A stretch of DNA of 64,000 nucleotides from the human T2T-CHM13v2.0 reference genome, Homo sapiens: assembly GCF_009914755.1 (NCBI RefSeq), contig NC_060944.1, one strand, 5' to 3'. The first letter of the stretch is position 1, and each line of letters starts with the position of its first letter. The notes beneath the pieces are model-generated. The model saw only the letters and a program-made list of their open reading frames with translations. It searched no databases and was not told the DNA's origin. The translations under genes and the position numbers were made by a program. This document shows, piece by piece, positions 12,594-35,454 of the stretch.

Positions 12594-13618
12594 ATGGGAA
12601 GAAACCAGAGCAGAAAAGCTGAAAATCCTAAAAACCAGAGCACCTCTTTTCCTCCAAAGGATTGCAGCTCCTCACCAGCAATGGAACAAAGCTGGAGGGA
12701 GAATGACTTTGACGAGTTGACAGAAGGAGGCTTCAGAAGGCTGGTAATAACAAACTCCTCCGAGCTAAAGGAGTATGTTCGAACACATCACAAGGAAGCT
12801 AAAAACCTTGAAAAAAGGTCAGACCATGGCTAACTAGAATAAGCAGTGTAGAGAATACCTTAAATGACCTTATGGAGCTGATAACCATGGCACAAGAACT
12901 TTGTGACACATGCACAAGCTTCAATAGCTGATTCAATCCAGTGGAAGAAAGGATATCAGTGATCGAAGATCAAATTAATAAAATAAAGTGAGAAGACAAG
13001 TTTAGAGTAAAAAGAGTGAAAATAAATGAACAAAGCCTCTAGGAAAAATGGGACTACGTGAAAAGACCAAATCTATGTTTGCTTGGTGTACCTAAATGTG
13101 ACAGAGAGAATGGAACCAAGTTGGAAAACACTCCTTAGGATGTTATTCAGGAGAATTTTCCCAATGTAGCAAGGCAGGCCAACATTCAAATTCAGGAAAT
13201 ACAGAGAACACCACAAAGATACTTCTGGATAAGAGCAACCCCAAGATACTAATTGTCAGATTCACCAGGGTTGAAATGGAGGAAAAAGTGTTAAGGGCAG
13301 CCAGAGAGAAAGGTCGAGTTACCCACAAGGTGAAACCCATCAGACTAACGGTGGATCTCTCAGCAGAAACCCTAGAAACCAGAAGAGAGTGGGGGCCAAT
13401 ATTCAACATTCTTAAAGATAAGAATTTTCAGCCCAGAATTTCATATCCAGCTAAACTAAGCTTCATAAGTGAGGGAGAAATAAAATCCTTTACAGACAAG
13501 CAAATGCTGAGAGATTTTGACACCACCTGGCCTGCCTTAAAAGAGCTCCTGAAGGAAGCACTAAACACGGAAAGGAACTAGCGGTACCAGCCACTGCAAA
13601 AAATATGCCAAATTGTAA
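12594..13618 (+). pseudogene. L1 ORF1p, disrupted by stops and frameshifts
   Basis: MGRNQSRKAEN... and KVLRAAREKGRVTHK...RISYPAKLSF lie in separate ORFs. Confidence 0.93.
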
Positions 13619-13681
13619 AGACCATCGACACTATGAAGAAGCTGCATCAATTAATGAGAAAAACAGTGAGCTAACATAACA

Positions 13682-17490
<3,809 letters not shown>

Positions 17491-17706
17491 CAATGAGAAC
17501 ACTTGGACACAAGGCAGGTAACATCACACAATGGGGCCTGTCAGGGGCTGGAGGCCTAGAGGAGAGATAGCAGTAGGAGAAATATCTAATCTAAATGATG
17601 AGTTGATGGGTGCAGCAAAACAACATGGCACATGTAAACCTATATAACAAACCTGCACGTTGTCCACATGTACCCTAGAACTTAAAGTATAATAATAAAA
17701 AAAAAC

Positions 17707-22050
<4,344 letters not shown>

Positions 22051-22069
22051 TAATAAAAACTCTATACTG

Positions 22070-25055
22070 CCATTCTTTTCAACTTTTTGTTGTTTCTCTT
22101 CATTCCCTATTTTACAGTCTATGTCTTGGAAATATGTTGTAGTTTTTATTGGTTTATTGTTTACTCTTTCTATTCGAGATTTTTGCACCCCATAATTACC
22201 ATATTATAATATTCAGTGTTTTTACATGTGCTGTTGCTAGTGAGTTCTGTACCTTCAGATGATTTCTTATTGCTCACTAACTTTTTTTCTTTTAGGTTAA
22301 GATATCCCTTTAGCATTTCTTGTAGGACAGGTCTGGTGTTAATGAAATCCCTCAGTTTTTGTTTGTTGGAAAAAGTTCTTTTTTTTTTTTCCATCAGGTT
22401 TAAAGGATGTTTTTGCCAGATATATTATTCTTAAGTAAAAGTCTTTTTTTCCCTTCAGCTTTTTTAATATGTCATGCCAATCTCACAGCCTGTAAATTTT
22501 CCCCTGAAAAGTCTGCTGTCAGATGTATTGGAGTTCCACTGAATGTTATTTGTTTCTCTTCTCTTGATGCTTTTAGAATCATTTATTTACCCTTAACCTT
22601 TGGGAGTTCAGTTTAGTGCCTTGAGGTGGTTTTCTTTGGGTTAAATCTGCTTTATGTTCTGTAACTTTCTGTGACTCGAATGTTGATATCAAATGTTGAG
22701 GAATTGTTTAATATTATTTAATATTATTTATTTAAATAAATGTTCAACTCATCTCTTTTTCTACCTCCTCTTTAAGGCCAATAACTCTTAGATTTGCTAT
22801 TTTGAGGCTATTTTTTAAATTCTATAGGCATGCTTTACTTTTTATTCTTTTTTGTCTCCTCTGACTTTGTGATTTTAAATAGTCTGGCTTCAAGTTCACT
22901 GAATCTACCTTCTCCTTGGTCAATTCTTTTAAGTAATTCTGATCCATTCTTCAGTATGACAATAGCATTTTAACTTCAGAATTTCTGCTTTATTCTTTTG
23001 ATTTCAATCTCATTGTTAAATTTATCTGATAGAATTTTGAATTCCTTCTCTGTGTTATATTATACATTTCTTTGAATTACCTCAACCAGTTATTTTGGAT
23101 TTCCTGTATAAAAGGTCACATATCTCTGTTTTTCCAGGATTTGTCCCTGGTAGTTTATTTAGCTTGTTTGGTGAGGTCATGTTTTCCTGGATGACCTTGA
23201 TACTTGTAGATGTTCATCTCTATCTGGGCATTGAAGAATTCAGTCTTTATTGTAGTCTTCACAGTCTGGGCTTGTTCATGCCATTATCTTTGGGAACACT
23301 TTCCAGGTATTCAAAGAAACTTGGGTCCCAAACCCAATAGCACAGTAGTTTATGCAAACACGTAGAGGTAGTGCCTTGGTGGCCTTGGATTAACATCAAG
23401 AAAAATTCTCTTGATTTATCAAGTAGAGACTCTTGTTCTCTTCCCTTACTTTCTCTCAAATCAGCAATCTCTCTTTCTGTACTGAGACATGTGGAGCTGG
23501 GGTTGGGGTAACATAAGCACTCCTGTGGCCACCACCACTGAGACTGTGCTCGTTCACACCTGAAGTAGGCACAGAACTTGGTCTCACCCAAGGCCCACTG
23601 CAACCACTACTTGGCTACCATATAAGTTTATTCAAAGCCTTAGGACTCTGTGATTAATAGTTGGCAAAGCCAGCCAGGTTTGTGTCTCTGCCTATAGGGT
23701 GGCAAGTTCCCCTAGCCATGAGTGGGTCCACAGATGCTACGTGGGAGCCAGAGATTAAAGCATAGGATCTTCAAAATTTACCTGCTCTTCTATTTTATTG
23801 TAGCTAACCTGGCACTTAGGGAATAAGACAAAGTATTTTCTACTTTTCTTTCCCCTGTCTGCAGGCAGAAGAGCCTCTTCTGTGACTACCAACACTACTG
23901 GTCCATGGGGGGTTTCTAACAAATCATCATCACTTTCTCACTTAAAGCCCAAGGACACTAGTTAGCTTGTGATAAATTCTGCAATGCCTGGGACTCGACC
24001 TTTGGCCCAGGGCAAGTTCAGAAATGCTGACCAAGAAGACCCTAGGCCTGGACTCAGGGACTCTAAGAATCTGCTTGGTGAACTACCCCACTGTGGTTGA
24101 GCTGGTATATCAGGTGCAATGCAGAATTCCCTTTACTTTCCCCCCTGCTCTTCTCAAACAGAAATCTTTCACTATAGCTACCACAGCTAGAAATGTACTG
24201 GGTCACACCTGAAGTTAGCACTTCTCAGAGCCCAATGTCCATCGTGTATTACCTGTTTGACACTGTTTTTTATTCTGGGTACAGGGGTTCTTTAGTCAGC
24301 AGGTGATGAATTCTGCCAGGTCTTTACTGACATGGCAGCACTGAGTTTGATGTAAAGTCCTCCAGTCACTGTGCTCTCCCTCTCCCAAATTCACAGGTTT
24401 CTCTGTGTTGTGTGGCTGCTTCTAGGTGGGAGGTGGGGGAGTGGTGCTGTGAGCACTCCCTTAGCTGCTATGGCTGCTGTCTCAGTAGACCCCATACTCC
24501 CCACCCTCCACATTCCACTGGCTCTGAGCCCAGCTCGGAATATGACTTGCCTAACAATTGAAGTCCTTGTGGCCTAGACTGCCCCTTAAGTTCTCTTAGA
24601 GTCCAGTAGCACGTCAACTCATGATGGCAAGACTTGTAAAAACTCAAGCTCCCAACACTAGGATGGGAGGTTTTCCTCTTTCTAGGGTCAATACAAATGC
24701 TCCCCCCATTGGCAGATGTCAGCTGAGTACAGTCTGGTTCTGCTCCTCACTGTGACAGGGTAGTAACGAGTTTATTGCAAAGCCTCACAAACTATGTGCT
24801 CCCTCTCCCAAACATACTATCTCTGCACGATGTAGCCACTACTGGTGGTTGAAGAAGAGGTGGCATCCGTGCTTCTAGACGGTCTTTTATTTGTTTGTCT
24901 TCTCCAATGTCTGTTTCAGTGATATGAAGTTAATACCAGGTACTGTGATTGCTCACCCAATTTTTGGTCCCTTTGACAGTGCTTCTTGAATGTAGTGAGT
25001 TGTGAAAATTTGGTGTTTTGTGTGGGGGATGAGAATGTAGTCTTCTATTCTGCCC
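22070..25055 (-). mobile_element. Old L1 (L1M/L1MA) 5'UTR-ORF1 portion
   Basis: Minus ORF 22170-22394 (TFSNKQKLRDFINTRPVLQEMLKG) is the ORF1p C-terminus. Same family as 35455-37255, in opposite orientation. Confidence 0.8.
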
Positions 25056-25064
25056 TCTTACTCT

Positions 25065-25865
25065 GTATCTGCCTTAAATTTTTTAGATTCAGGGAGTATA
25101 TTTGCAGGCTTATTACATGGATATATTGTGTGATGCTGAGCTATATGGGATATTATTGATCCCATCACCAAGGTAGTGAGCATATATTGTGGGATATAAT
25201 TGATCCCATCACCTAGGCAGTAAGCATAGCACTCATCGTTTCTCACCCCCTGCCCTCCTCCTTCCCTCCTTCATCTAATAGTTCCCAGTGTCTATTGTCA
25301 TCTTTATATTCATGAGTACCCCATGTTTAGATCCTACTTATAGGCAAGAACATGTGGTATTTGGTTTTCTGTTCCTGTATTAATTTCCCTAAGATAATGG
25401 CCTCCAGACGTATGCATGTTGCTGCACAGGACATGATTGTATTCTTTTTAATGTGTGCATAGTATTTTATGGTGTATATGTGGCACATATTTCTATCAAA
25501 TTTATTGATTCACACATAAGTTAATTCCATGCCTTCCCTATTGTGAATAGCAATATGACGCATATACAAGTGCATGTGGGGTTTCTTTTTGTAGAATTTT
25601 TAATTTTCTTTTGGATATATACTCAGCAATGGAATTGCTGGTTGAATGGTACTTCTGTTTTAAATTCTTTGAAAAATCTCCTAACTGCTTTTCACAGTGG
25701 CTGAACTAATTTACATCCTCACCAACAGTGTATCAGCATTTGATTTTCTCTGAAGTCTAACCAGAATTAGTTATTTTTTTACTTTTTAATAGTAGGCATT
25801 CTGACTAATATGAGATGGTATCTCACATTGATTTGCATTTCTCTGATGATTAGTGATGTTGAACA
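25065..25865 (-). mobile_element. L1PB/L1MA-type 3' end
   Basis: Antisense 3'UTR motifs (GAACATGTGGTATTTGGTTTTCTGTTCCTG). Confidence 0.82.
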
Positions 25866-25929
25866 TTAAGAAAACAACCCCATTAAAACACTGACGAGGG
25901 ACAAAAGCAGACAATTCTCAAAAGAAAAT

Positions 25930-26267
<338 letters not shown>

Positions 26268-26943
26268 CTATCACAATATGCTGACTTTCCTTTGCAAATA
26301 CAAAATCAAACCATTCAAAAAATCACTTTAATTGTTGGAATTGACAGTATGTTTCCCCTTCTCTATCTCCTTTCCTCTTTTGTGATTTTTTTTCTGATCA
26401 CTATGAATCCACTCAGCAGAGTAACCTCCATTCTTAATCTGTGTGAATTGTGCTGATGAGTTAGTCAGCTCTCTTAAAATCACTAACCAAAAAGTTTTAA
26501 ATTTCCTAGTTAGTAATACATTTTTAGCATGCCACAGGATACTCTTAGAACAAGGACTTCTTGTTTAGGCATTATGGATTATGATGATTAGTTCTCTGGA
26601 TTTCTATGAGCTTTGAAATTAAGAGGTAAAAATCTAAAATAAATTGGACTTCATACTATTTATACATTTATTGGGTTTGTTAATTATTCCATAGGAAAAC
26701 AGATGAAAGATTTATGTAGAATTCAATTCTGTTTCACCATATTTAGGGTTACAAGAAGGGTATTATATTGATGTAATTGACAGACTGAATTAACCTCAGT
26801 CATCACATGTGATTTTTCTAGAGTTTTTTTAATGGTGCTGACATTCTCTTCAATATGTCCATGCCTAGCTTGGGGTTCTGGGGGAGAGAAGAGTAACTAG
26901 TACTACCCATCTAAAACATAATGTTTATTAGTTGGAATAATGG

Positions 26944-27492
26944 TGTGATATGATAGTCTTCAAGATGATGCCCTCAATATCTTTCCTCCCTGCATGCACA
27001 TGCTGCTCTTTACATTGAGAGTTAGAGTCGAATCTCCCAATTTCTTGAATCTGTGTTAGTCACAATGACTTGCTTTACCAATAGGATGGATCAGAAGTCG
27101 TATTCTAGGACCTCCAAGGCTAGGTCCTAAGAAGCTTTGTAGTATTTGTCTGTGTGTCTTGGGACCAAGTACCACGTTGTGAGGACTCCAGGTAACATGG
27201 AGAGGTCAGACAGGTATCTCACTCAGCAGCCAATATGCACTGCCAACCATGTGAGTGACCCATCTAGGCTCTTTAGCCTAGTTGAGCTTTCAGGTGACTT
27301 CAGCAGCAGCCAACCAACCTCAACTGCAAGAAAGACTCCAAAAGAGAACTTTTGTAGTGCCCTTCAGCCCACAAAACCATGATAAATAACGTTATTTAAA
27401 ATTACTAAACAAATAATAACAAACAATATTAAACAATAAATAATTCCTTAAGTTTTGGAATGGATTACTATTCAGCAAGAGATAGCTAGAAC
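26944..27492 (+). mobile_element. MLT1-type MaLR LTR
   Basis: TGACTTGCTTT.ACCAATAG, GCTAGGTCCTAAGAAG and 3' TTTTGGAATGGATTACTATTCAGCAAGAGATAGCTAGAACA. Confidence 0.7.
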
Positions 27493-29250
27493 AACTACTA
27501 AATATTGCACAATACTGAATAAGTGTAAGTTTAGTTGTATGATATACTTCTATATTTTAAAGCCATTGACATTTCTGGAAAGAGTGCAAAAGTGAGCACT
27601 GATTAAGTGGTTCCCAAGAGAATTTTTCTGTTGTATCTCAACATCATCATTTACCAATGGGAGCTGTATTTTGTTTTTGGAAAATATACATTTTAAAGTT
27701 CATTTTAAAAAACATACTAACAGTTGTTTAGAAAGGCTTATGCTATTTTGAAAAAAATTTGAGCGAACCAGAAAAGTGTAAACTTTAAGGCTCTAATTAT
27801 TTTTATATGCTATTTAACCCATAAATCCAAAGTCTGATGACAAATATGTTTATGTAATAATCATATTTGGATAAATAAGTTAAACTAACAGTTTCCTTTT
27901 TAAATAATAGGCCTTATAATTGGTATGATGTTGAGATGGCTGCAGTGGATGGGCTCATCACCATAATAATATTTTCTCTTTAATGCTTTTTTAGAACATT
28001 AAGTGACAACCAGAGAGTCTAAAACTGGGTTACACAGCAGTAATAAAATCAGAGTGACACTTACTTTGCAGCAGCAGGATTGAAATTCTTGCTGTTGGGG
28101 TTGGTGGCAGCAAACTCAATTATGGCTGTCTTCTGCTTCATGCTTAGATGGTGTGTTGGAACATTTCCTGTTTAGAACTTTCTAACACTTCCTAACTGGA
28201 GCTGTTTAAAATAGAAACAAACCCCTCTGATTTTGAATTTAGCCTATTTATTGTTATAATTTGTTCATGTGTTTCTACTTTTTAGACTGTGGCTTTCTTG
28301 TAGACAGAAATTGTATCTTATACCTCTTTTTCTTCAGCAGCGGTGTGCCTGGCACCTAGTTGAATTGTCAGGTTCGTTGAATAAGTAAAGTAAAATTATA
28401 TTAGAAGTAAACTATTAAATTTATCAGTTTTACTCAGAAAATATATAGCTAAGTATGACGTATGAATAAATTCACTCACTTATTCAACAAACATTTTTAA
28501 GTGACTACAGTATGCTATGAGCTAGGAATATGGCAGTAAGCAAATCTCACATTGTCTCAAACTTCAGTGGATCCAGGAGTCTCTAGAAGTTTAATTCTTG
28601 CTCAATCAGCAACTCCTTTTCACTGAAGACTTGACAAGAATGTTTGAGAGGGCAAGAGTGTGTGAACTCAGCAGATGTTTGTGATGCACCTACTGTGTGC
28701 CAGACACTGTAGTGTCACAGGGTCTGCCTGTGTCTCCTAGGACAGGTGAAACTAAGGACAATATTTTAAACAACAAATAATGTCAAGTATGCCACATGAT
28801 GGAGAAGGAAAGCGCTGGGTCCCGAGTATAACAAGTACTGAAGCTAGCGTGGGGTCCAGGCGTCTCTGGCATGGTGCCCTCCTAGGTCTTGGTTGTCCCT
28901 CCTTGTTGCTCCTGCTGTCTTCTTCAGTTACATCTGCTTCTCTGCATTTCCTCATTTTACAGTGTGTGGGATGCAGTCATCTCTGGACAGGAATAGGAAA
29001 CTGTGCACCTGTTACGCCATGCTTGATGCTCTGCATTGATGTACACTGGGCCCAGGTTTCCCTGATGGACTGCTTGGGCCGTTCTTGTCATCTGGCTTTG
29101 AAGTCTTTGTTCACAGAGGTGCACTTGCCAGATGGGGAAGCCAGAGATCTGGAGTGCTCTGATGAGGCCATTCTTACCCTGTTTATCTTCCTTGACATAC
29201 CTAACAGATGAAGCTCAGCTGGGTGATGCACCTCAGGCCACAGTGTGGAC

Positions 29251-29780
29251 TGTTGTAACCAAGCGAGTTATAGAGGAACGCCACACTTTGAGACAAATTA
29301 AGGAGTCCTTTATTAGCCGGCGACCAAGAGGCAGCTAACGCTCAAAATTCTCTGGGCCCCAAGGAAGGGGCTGGTTTTGTTTTTATACCGTGGTCTAAAT
29401 AGGGGAGGGGGGAGTTTAGCTGAAGCAATTTTTACAGAAGCAGAGCTGGCAAAAAGTTAAAAAAATTAATTGGTTACAAAAGCAGTTACAAAAAAAAAAC
29501 AACAGTTCCAGTTGCAGGGGCTTAAACTATCACAAAGAGAGAAATGCAGGGGTTTTGGGTGCCATTCACTGAGCGCGTCCCCAGGAGCTGCTGGTGCAGC
29601 TTGCCTCAATATCTTATCAATAAGTGATTCATGGACGTGCTTTGAGTCAGTTTACACTGGTTATGACCTTAAGGGAGGGAGGTAAAGGGGGCTGCATGTG
29701 AAGAAACTAAAATGGAGTCTGTCCGGCTCTCTCTCCGCTAGGAGAGAGTCACTCAGGTTAAAACAAGGTAGGGTATCACA
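29251..29780 (-). mobile_element. LTR6A-like solo LTR (ERV1)
   Basis: Minus strand reads TGTGATACCCTACCTTG...GGTTACAACA. A 4-bp TSD GGAC is at 29247-29250 and 29781-29784. Confidence 0.88.
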
Positions 29781-30369
29781 GGACCATGTACAATTCTTCA
29801 AGCTCGAGCTTCAATTCTCTTTCTTATTGCTCTCTTAGGACAGCATATTTAGATGGGAGTAAATGGAAGTAATGTTATTAGGGGAGAAGATTAAAATCGA
29901 TCTCATTTGTAAAAAAGGAAGTAGATTATTTGTGAACTGTAATACTTTTTTTAGTGAAGAATCACCTTAAAACTTGGAACCTGGACACAAGATAATTCCT
30001 TCATTCTGCAAAAGTTTAGTAGCAAACTATATGCCAGGACTGTGCTAGTTACTAGGAATAAGTGGTTGAATATATAGTATAAGATGCCTTGGAGTGTCAG
30101 ATAGTTTCATATAAATGGCTCATTCGGTATATAGACAGTGTGGTAAAAAGAGACTACTGAGATGCCCAGAGGACAGACAATAAAGGGTCTTTGAATGCTA
30201 GATAAATGTGTTTAGACTTTTCACTCAGGGCTGTTGAAGTTTTTGAAGGTCAGTGGTCTCAGAGTTTTAGTGTTTTCAAGCCCTGCTAAGTACTTTTTTT
30301 CTAGCTGATGATTGGCCACCATTACTGATCATCTATTGGCTCTGTCTGATTCAGAAGTCCCACCGCTGA

Positions 30370-30870
30370 ATATTTATGCAAAGGAAAAGAAATCAATGTA
30401 TGAGAAAGATAACTGTATTTGTATATTTATTGCAACATTATTCACAGTAGCGCAGATATAAAATCAACCTAAATGTCCATCAACAAAGATTGGAGAAAGA
30501 AAATGTAGAAAATATACACAATGAAATACTATTCAGGCATAAAAAACAATAGAATCATAACTTTTGCGGACACATGGATGGAACTGGAGGCCATTGTCGT
30601 AAGTGAAGCAAGCCAGATACAGAGTAAACATCGTATTTTATCAATCATAAGCGGGTGCTAAAAGATGTGTAGGTATTGATGTAGAGAGTGGAATGATAAT
30701 GGAGACTCAGCAGGATGAGTGGATGGAAGGAGTGAACAGTGAGAAATTACTTAATGGGTACAATGTGCATTATTCCGGTGATGGATACCCTAAAAGCCCT
30801 GACTCTCTACTATGCCATCCATGCTTACAGCAAAATTGCACTTGGAACCCATAAATTTATACACAAAAAG
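30370..30870 (+). mobile_element. L1MA-type 3' end
   Basis: ACATGGATGGAACTGGAGGCCATT and AAATTACTTAATGGGTACAATGT. Confidence 0.8.
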
Positions 30871-33194
30871 TCTTAGACCTCTCTCTCTTCTCTCATAAGC
30901 CTCAGAGCTCAGTGATCCCCTTGGATCTCCTCAGCCTGCTGAGTTTGGATTTTCCTACCTAAGGTGATTTTGGGCAGAGACAAGGGAGTGTTTCAGGAAG
31001 ATGTTCTCAGACACATGCTTCTAAAGAAAGATTGGAGGCTCTTCTAGTGGCCTTTATCTAGTCACTGCTTTAAGCAAGGAATAAAACATCTGTGGCTAAA
31101 ATTTTAAAAACTATGTTTCCCACCCACCCTTCAGACCTGACAGAAGAGATTTTAGGATTTTAAGGGAACAGCTTTTTCCTGACCCAAAAGGGCACAGTAG
31201 TACAAAGGCCAATGTCACGTAAGTACCTTTTTCCCATTTGTAAAATAACTTTCAGCTACTATTCCCACAGCTGGAATCAGTACAATGTTTTGACTGAGGT
31301 ATTCGAAAAGCTCCTATGAGCTCATTATCATTTGGACATATGAGTAATGTAAAATTTAGGCAGAATTTTATTTGAAAGGATTATTTATGCAATTTTTAAT
31401 TAACTGATTTATATTTAACTGATTTATTTTACAGTTACTTCAAACAATAAAAATCAGGTTGTTGTGTTGTAAGCTAGAAATATTTACAATAACACATGGT
31501 CTTGATTATCTCACATGATGAATTGAAGATTAAAGCAAAATAATTTATCTTAGGAAATTCTGTGACAGTTTCTGTTTCACTTTGCTTAATAATGACTTCA
31601 AACTGTTGTACATATATAGAGAACTCCTGACTAAAGATAAGCTTTTTGACTATTGTGCTATGTTTCTGTAACTTTTTAAGATCTAGAGGAACACACATTT
31701 AGTCTCATTTGGCCAACTAAATGTTATGGAGTCAGCTTCTGTGTTATGTGTTGAGCATTGAAGGAATGGTGGAGATAAGGCTGCTGCCCTCCCGGAGTCT
31801 GCAGAGAAAACCTGATGGAGGGTGGCAGGGAACATGCTGGGAGCATCCCAGGATGCCAAAAGCGCACACAGATGGAACATCTGCCTTAGAACAGGGGAGG
31901 GTCAGACAAGGAGAGGTGTCAGGAAAAACAAGGAAAGTTTAATCTGCAGGAATAGAAACACACTTGAGAAATCCATGGGGAATGAAAAGAGAATGGCTGA
32001 GCAGCAGCAGATTGTCAAGAAGGACATCAAGAAGGAGCAGCCAAAGAGGTTGATGGAGAACCAGGAGAAAGAAGGTGACACTGAAGCTAAGTGAAGGAAA
32101 TTGTTTCAATATTTCTGGGAAAAAAATGGCATTCTCTATCTTAACCTTGCTGTTTTATGAGTCATATAGCCACATTCCAGGTTCTGAGAAGTCCAGCACT
32201 AAAGATGTTTCTTTTAGTTTGCTTAACCCAGCATTTGCCAGAATAATCTGGGCTCAGTGTCTGTGCGCCTGTGTGTTCCACTAATATCTCTCTGGCGCTA
32301 GTGCTCTATACAATGTAATTTTTAAAACACTGGTTTTATTCATCTTATGTTCAGCTGCAGCAATACTTACAAAGGTCAACTTTGATCATGTGTCTTAGTT
32401 ACTAAAGAAAACCAAACAAACTAATGAATAAAGCCCATCTGGCAGTGGCTCCTCACTACCTGTACGATGGAACCCACCTGGCTTGGCCTGCGTGCCCTGT
32501 GCTGACCTAGCCGTGCTGTCTTCTGCCTGCTGCTTTGCCTCCCCTTTCCTCCTGGAGAAGGTAGAGATGCTCTGAGCTTTGGCCCATCTGGAACATGTGT
32601 CATTCTCCTCATGTGGACCATGTTTTCCTGAGTACACTTTAATCTCGTTTAAGGGTATAGAACTTTACTTAAAGCTTGTGGTCAGGTCTTACTCTCTATG
32701 CGGTCTTCCTGCCACTTCAACAGTGTACATGCTTTACTGATACATTAATTATGCTATACCAGCCCAGGTTTTTTACTTCTATATCATTTTATATCATCAT
32801 CTTTTTCTTAGTGGTTAGTTCACTTATTTATTCAGTCTTTCCACAATATAATTGAATGTCATATAATTTTATATTTATTTTCATTGGTGTTTATATATCT
32901 TTTCTGTAAAAATGGAGGCTTTCTAAATAGATCTTCATTAATGTTGAAAGAACAAGGTTTTAAGTCTTGGTCTCAGCCAAAAGGAGTTACCCGCATATCC
33001 AGGAGGGAAAGAAACACTTGCATTGTTGCATTAGATATTCTTACAGAGAAAGAGAACCATCTGTAATGGAAAATTGCTAACTTTGCCTCAGGGAAACCAG
33101 ATTGACTCGCTGAGAAAGACTGAATTGGTTTAGAAAGCATAGTTCTGAGTTTTCTAGGAGAAGGAAAAAAGTTAGAGTAGGGCATAAGAAGTAA

Positions 33195-35450
33195 TACCCA
33201 TATCAAAAAGTTAGAAAGATCTCAAATTGACAAACAAACATCACAACTGAAAGAATTAGAGAAGCAAGAAGAACTCAACCACAAAGCTTATAGAAGACAA
33301 GAAATAACTAAAATCAGAGCTGAATTGAAAGAAATTGAGACATGAAAAACTGTTCAAAAGATCACTTAATCAAGATTTTTTAAAATATTAATAAGATGGG
33401 CAATAGCTAGACTAATAAAGAAGAAAAGGGAGAAGATTCAAATAAACAAAATTAGAAATGATGAAGAGAATATTACCACTCACCCCAGAGAAATAAAAAC
33501 AACAACCAGCAACTACTATGAACACCTCTACACACACAAACTAGAAACCCTAGAAGAGATGACTAAATTCCTGGACACATACACTCTCTCAAGACTGAAC
33601 CAGGAAGAAATTCAGTCTGTGAACAGACCAATTATGAGCTCCAAAAATTGAATCTATAATAAATAGCCTACCAACCCCACCCCAAAAGCCCAGGACCTGA
33701 TAGATTAACAAATTTTAACAGATGTACAAAGAAGAGCCAGTGCCAGTCCTACTAAAACTATTTCAAGAAATAGAGGAGGACGGACTCTTCCCCAACTTGT
33801 TCTATGAGGCCAGCATCATCCTGATACCAAAGCCTGGCAGTGATACAACAAAAAAAGAAAACTTCAGACCAGTATCCGTGATGAACATCCATTCAATAAT
33901 CCACAAGAAAATACTTGCAAACTGAATCTAGCAACACATCAAAAGGATAATTCACCATAGTGAAGTAAGCTTCTTCCCTGGAATGGAAGGTTGGTCCATC
34001 ATGAGCAAATCAATAAATTATGATTCATAACATAAATAAAACTAAAGATAAGAACAACGTGATTGTCTCAACAGAAGCAGAAAAGGCTTTCAGTAAAATT
34101 CAATAAAGCTTCATGTTAAAAATTCTCAATAAATGAGGTATCGAAGGAACATACCTCAAAATAATAAAGGCCACCTATGTCAAACTCACAGCCAACATTA
34201 TACTAAATGGGCAAAATCTGGAAGCATTCTCCTTGAAACCCGCACAAGACAAGGATGCCCTCTCTCACCACTCCTATTCAACATAGTATTAGAAGTCCTT
34301 TCTGGAGCAATCAGACAAGAGAAATAAATAAAGTGTATTTAAATAGAAAGAGAAGTCCAACTACCTCTGTTTGCCGGCAACATAATTCTCTATCTAAACC
34401 CTATAGTTGTGACCCAAAAGCTCTTTAAGCTGATAAACAACTTCCACAAAGTTTTAGGACACAAAATCAATGTACAAAATTTGCTAGCATTCCTATACAC
34501 CAAGAAGAGCCAAACTAAGAGCCAAATCAGAGAGGCAATTTTATTCAAAATTTCCACAAAAAGAATAAAACACTTACAAATAAAGCTAAGCAGGGAGGTG
34601 AAAAATCTCTACAATGAAAATTACAAAACACAGCTCAAAGAAGTCAGAGAAGACACAAACAAATGAAAAATCATTCCATGTTAATGGAGAGAAAGAATTA
34701 ATATCATTTAAATGGTCATACTGCCCAAAGCTATTCCTATTAAACTACCAATGACATGCTTCACGGAAGTAGAAAAAAGCTATTTAAAAATTCATATAGA
34801 ACCAAGAAAGAATCTAAGTAGCCAAGGCAATCCTAAGCAAAAAGAACAAAACTTGAGGCATCACATTACCCAACTTCAAACTATACTACAGCACTATAGT
34901 AACCAAAACAGTATGGTACTAGAACAAAAACAGACACATACACCAGTGGAACAGAATAGAGAGGTTAGAAATAAGACCACATAACTACAACTATCTAATC
35001 TTTGACAAAGCTGGCAAAAACAAGCAATGGGGAAAAGATTCCCTATTCAATAAATGTTGCTGGGATAACTGGCTAGCCATATGCAGAAGATTGAAGTTGG
35101 ACTTCTTCCTTATACCATACGCAAAAATCAACCCAAGATGGATTAAATACTTAAATGTAAAACCCAAAGCTATAAAAGCCCTGGAAGACAACCTAGGCAA
35201 TACCATCCTGGACATAGAAACAAGCAAAGATTTCATGAAAAAGACACCAAAAACAACAAATAAAACTATTGACAAGTGGGATCTAATTAAACTTAAAAGC
35301 TTCTGCTCAGGAAAAGAAATTATCAATAGAGTGAACAGACAACCTATACAACGAGAAAAAATATTTACGAACTACGTATCTGACAAAGATCTAATATTCA
35401 ATATAAGGAACTTAAATTTACAAGAGAAAAACAAAAAACCCTATTTTAAA
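33195..35450 (+). mobile_element. LINE-1 ORF2 fragment (L1P/L1PB)
   Basis: [32 protein letters not shown] and [12 protein letters not shown]. Confidence 0.92.
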
Positions 35451-35454
35451 GTGT

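Noticed and set aside
31822-32094. Lys/Glu-rich 90-aa ORF resembling a coding exon
   Set aside because: The purine-rich 3' part resembles an L2 fragment; no supported gene structure.
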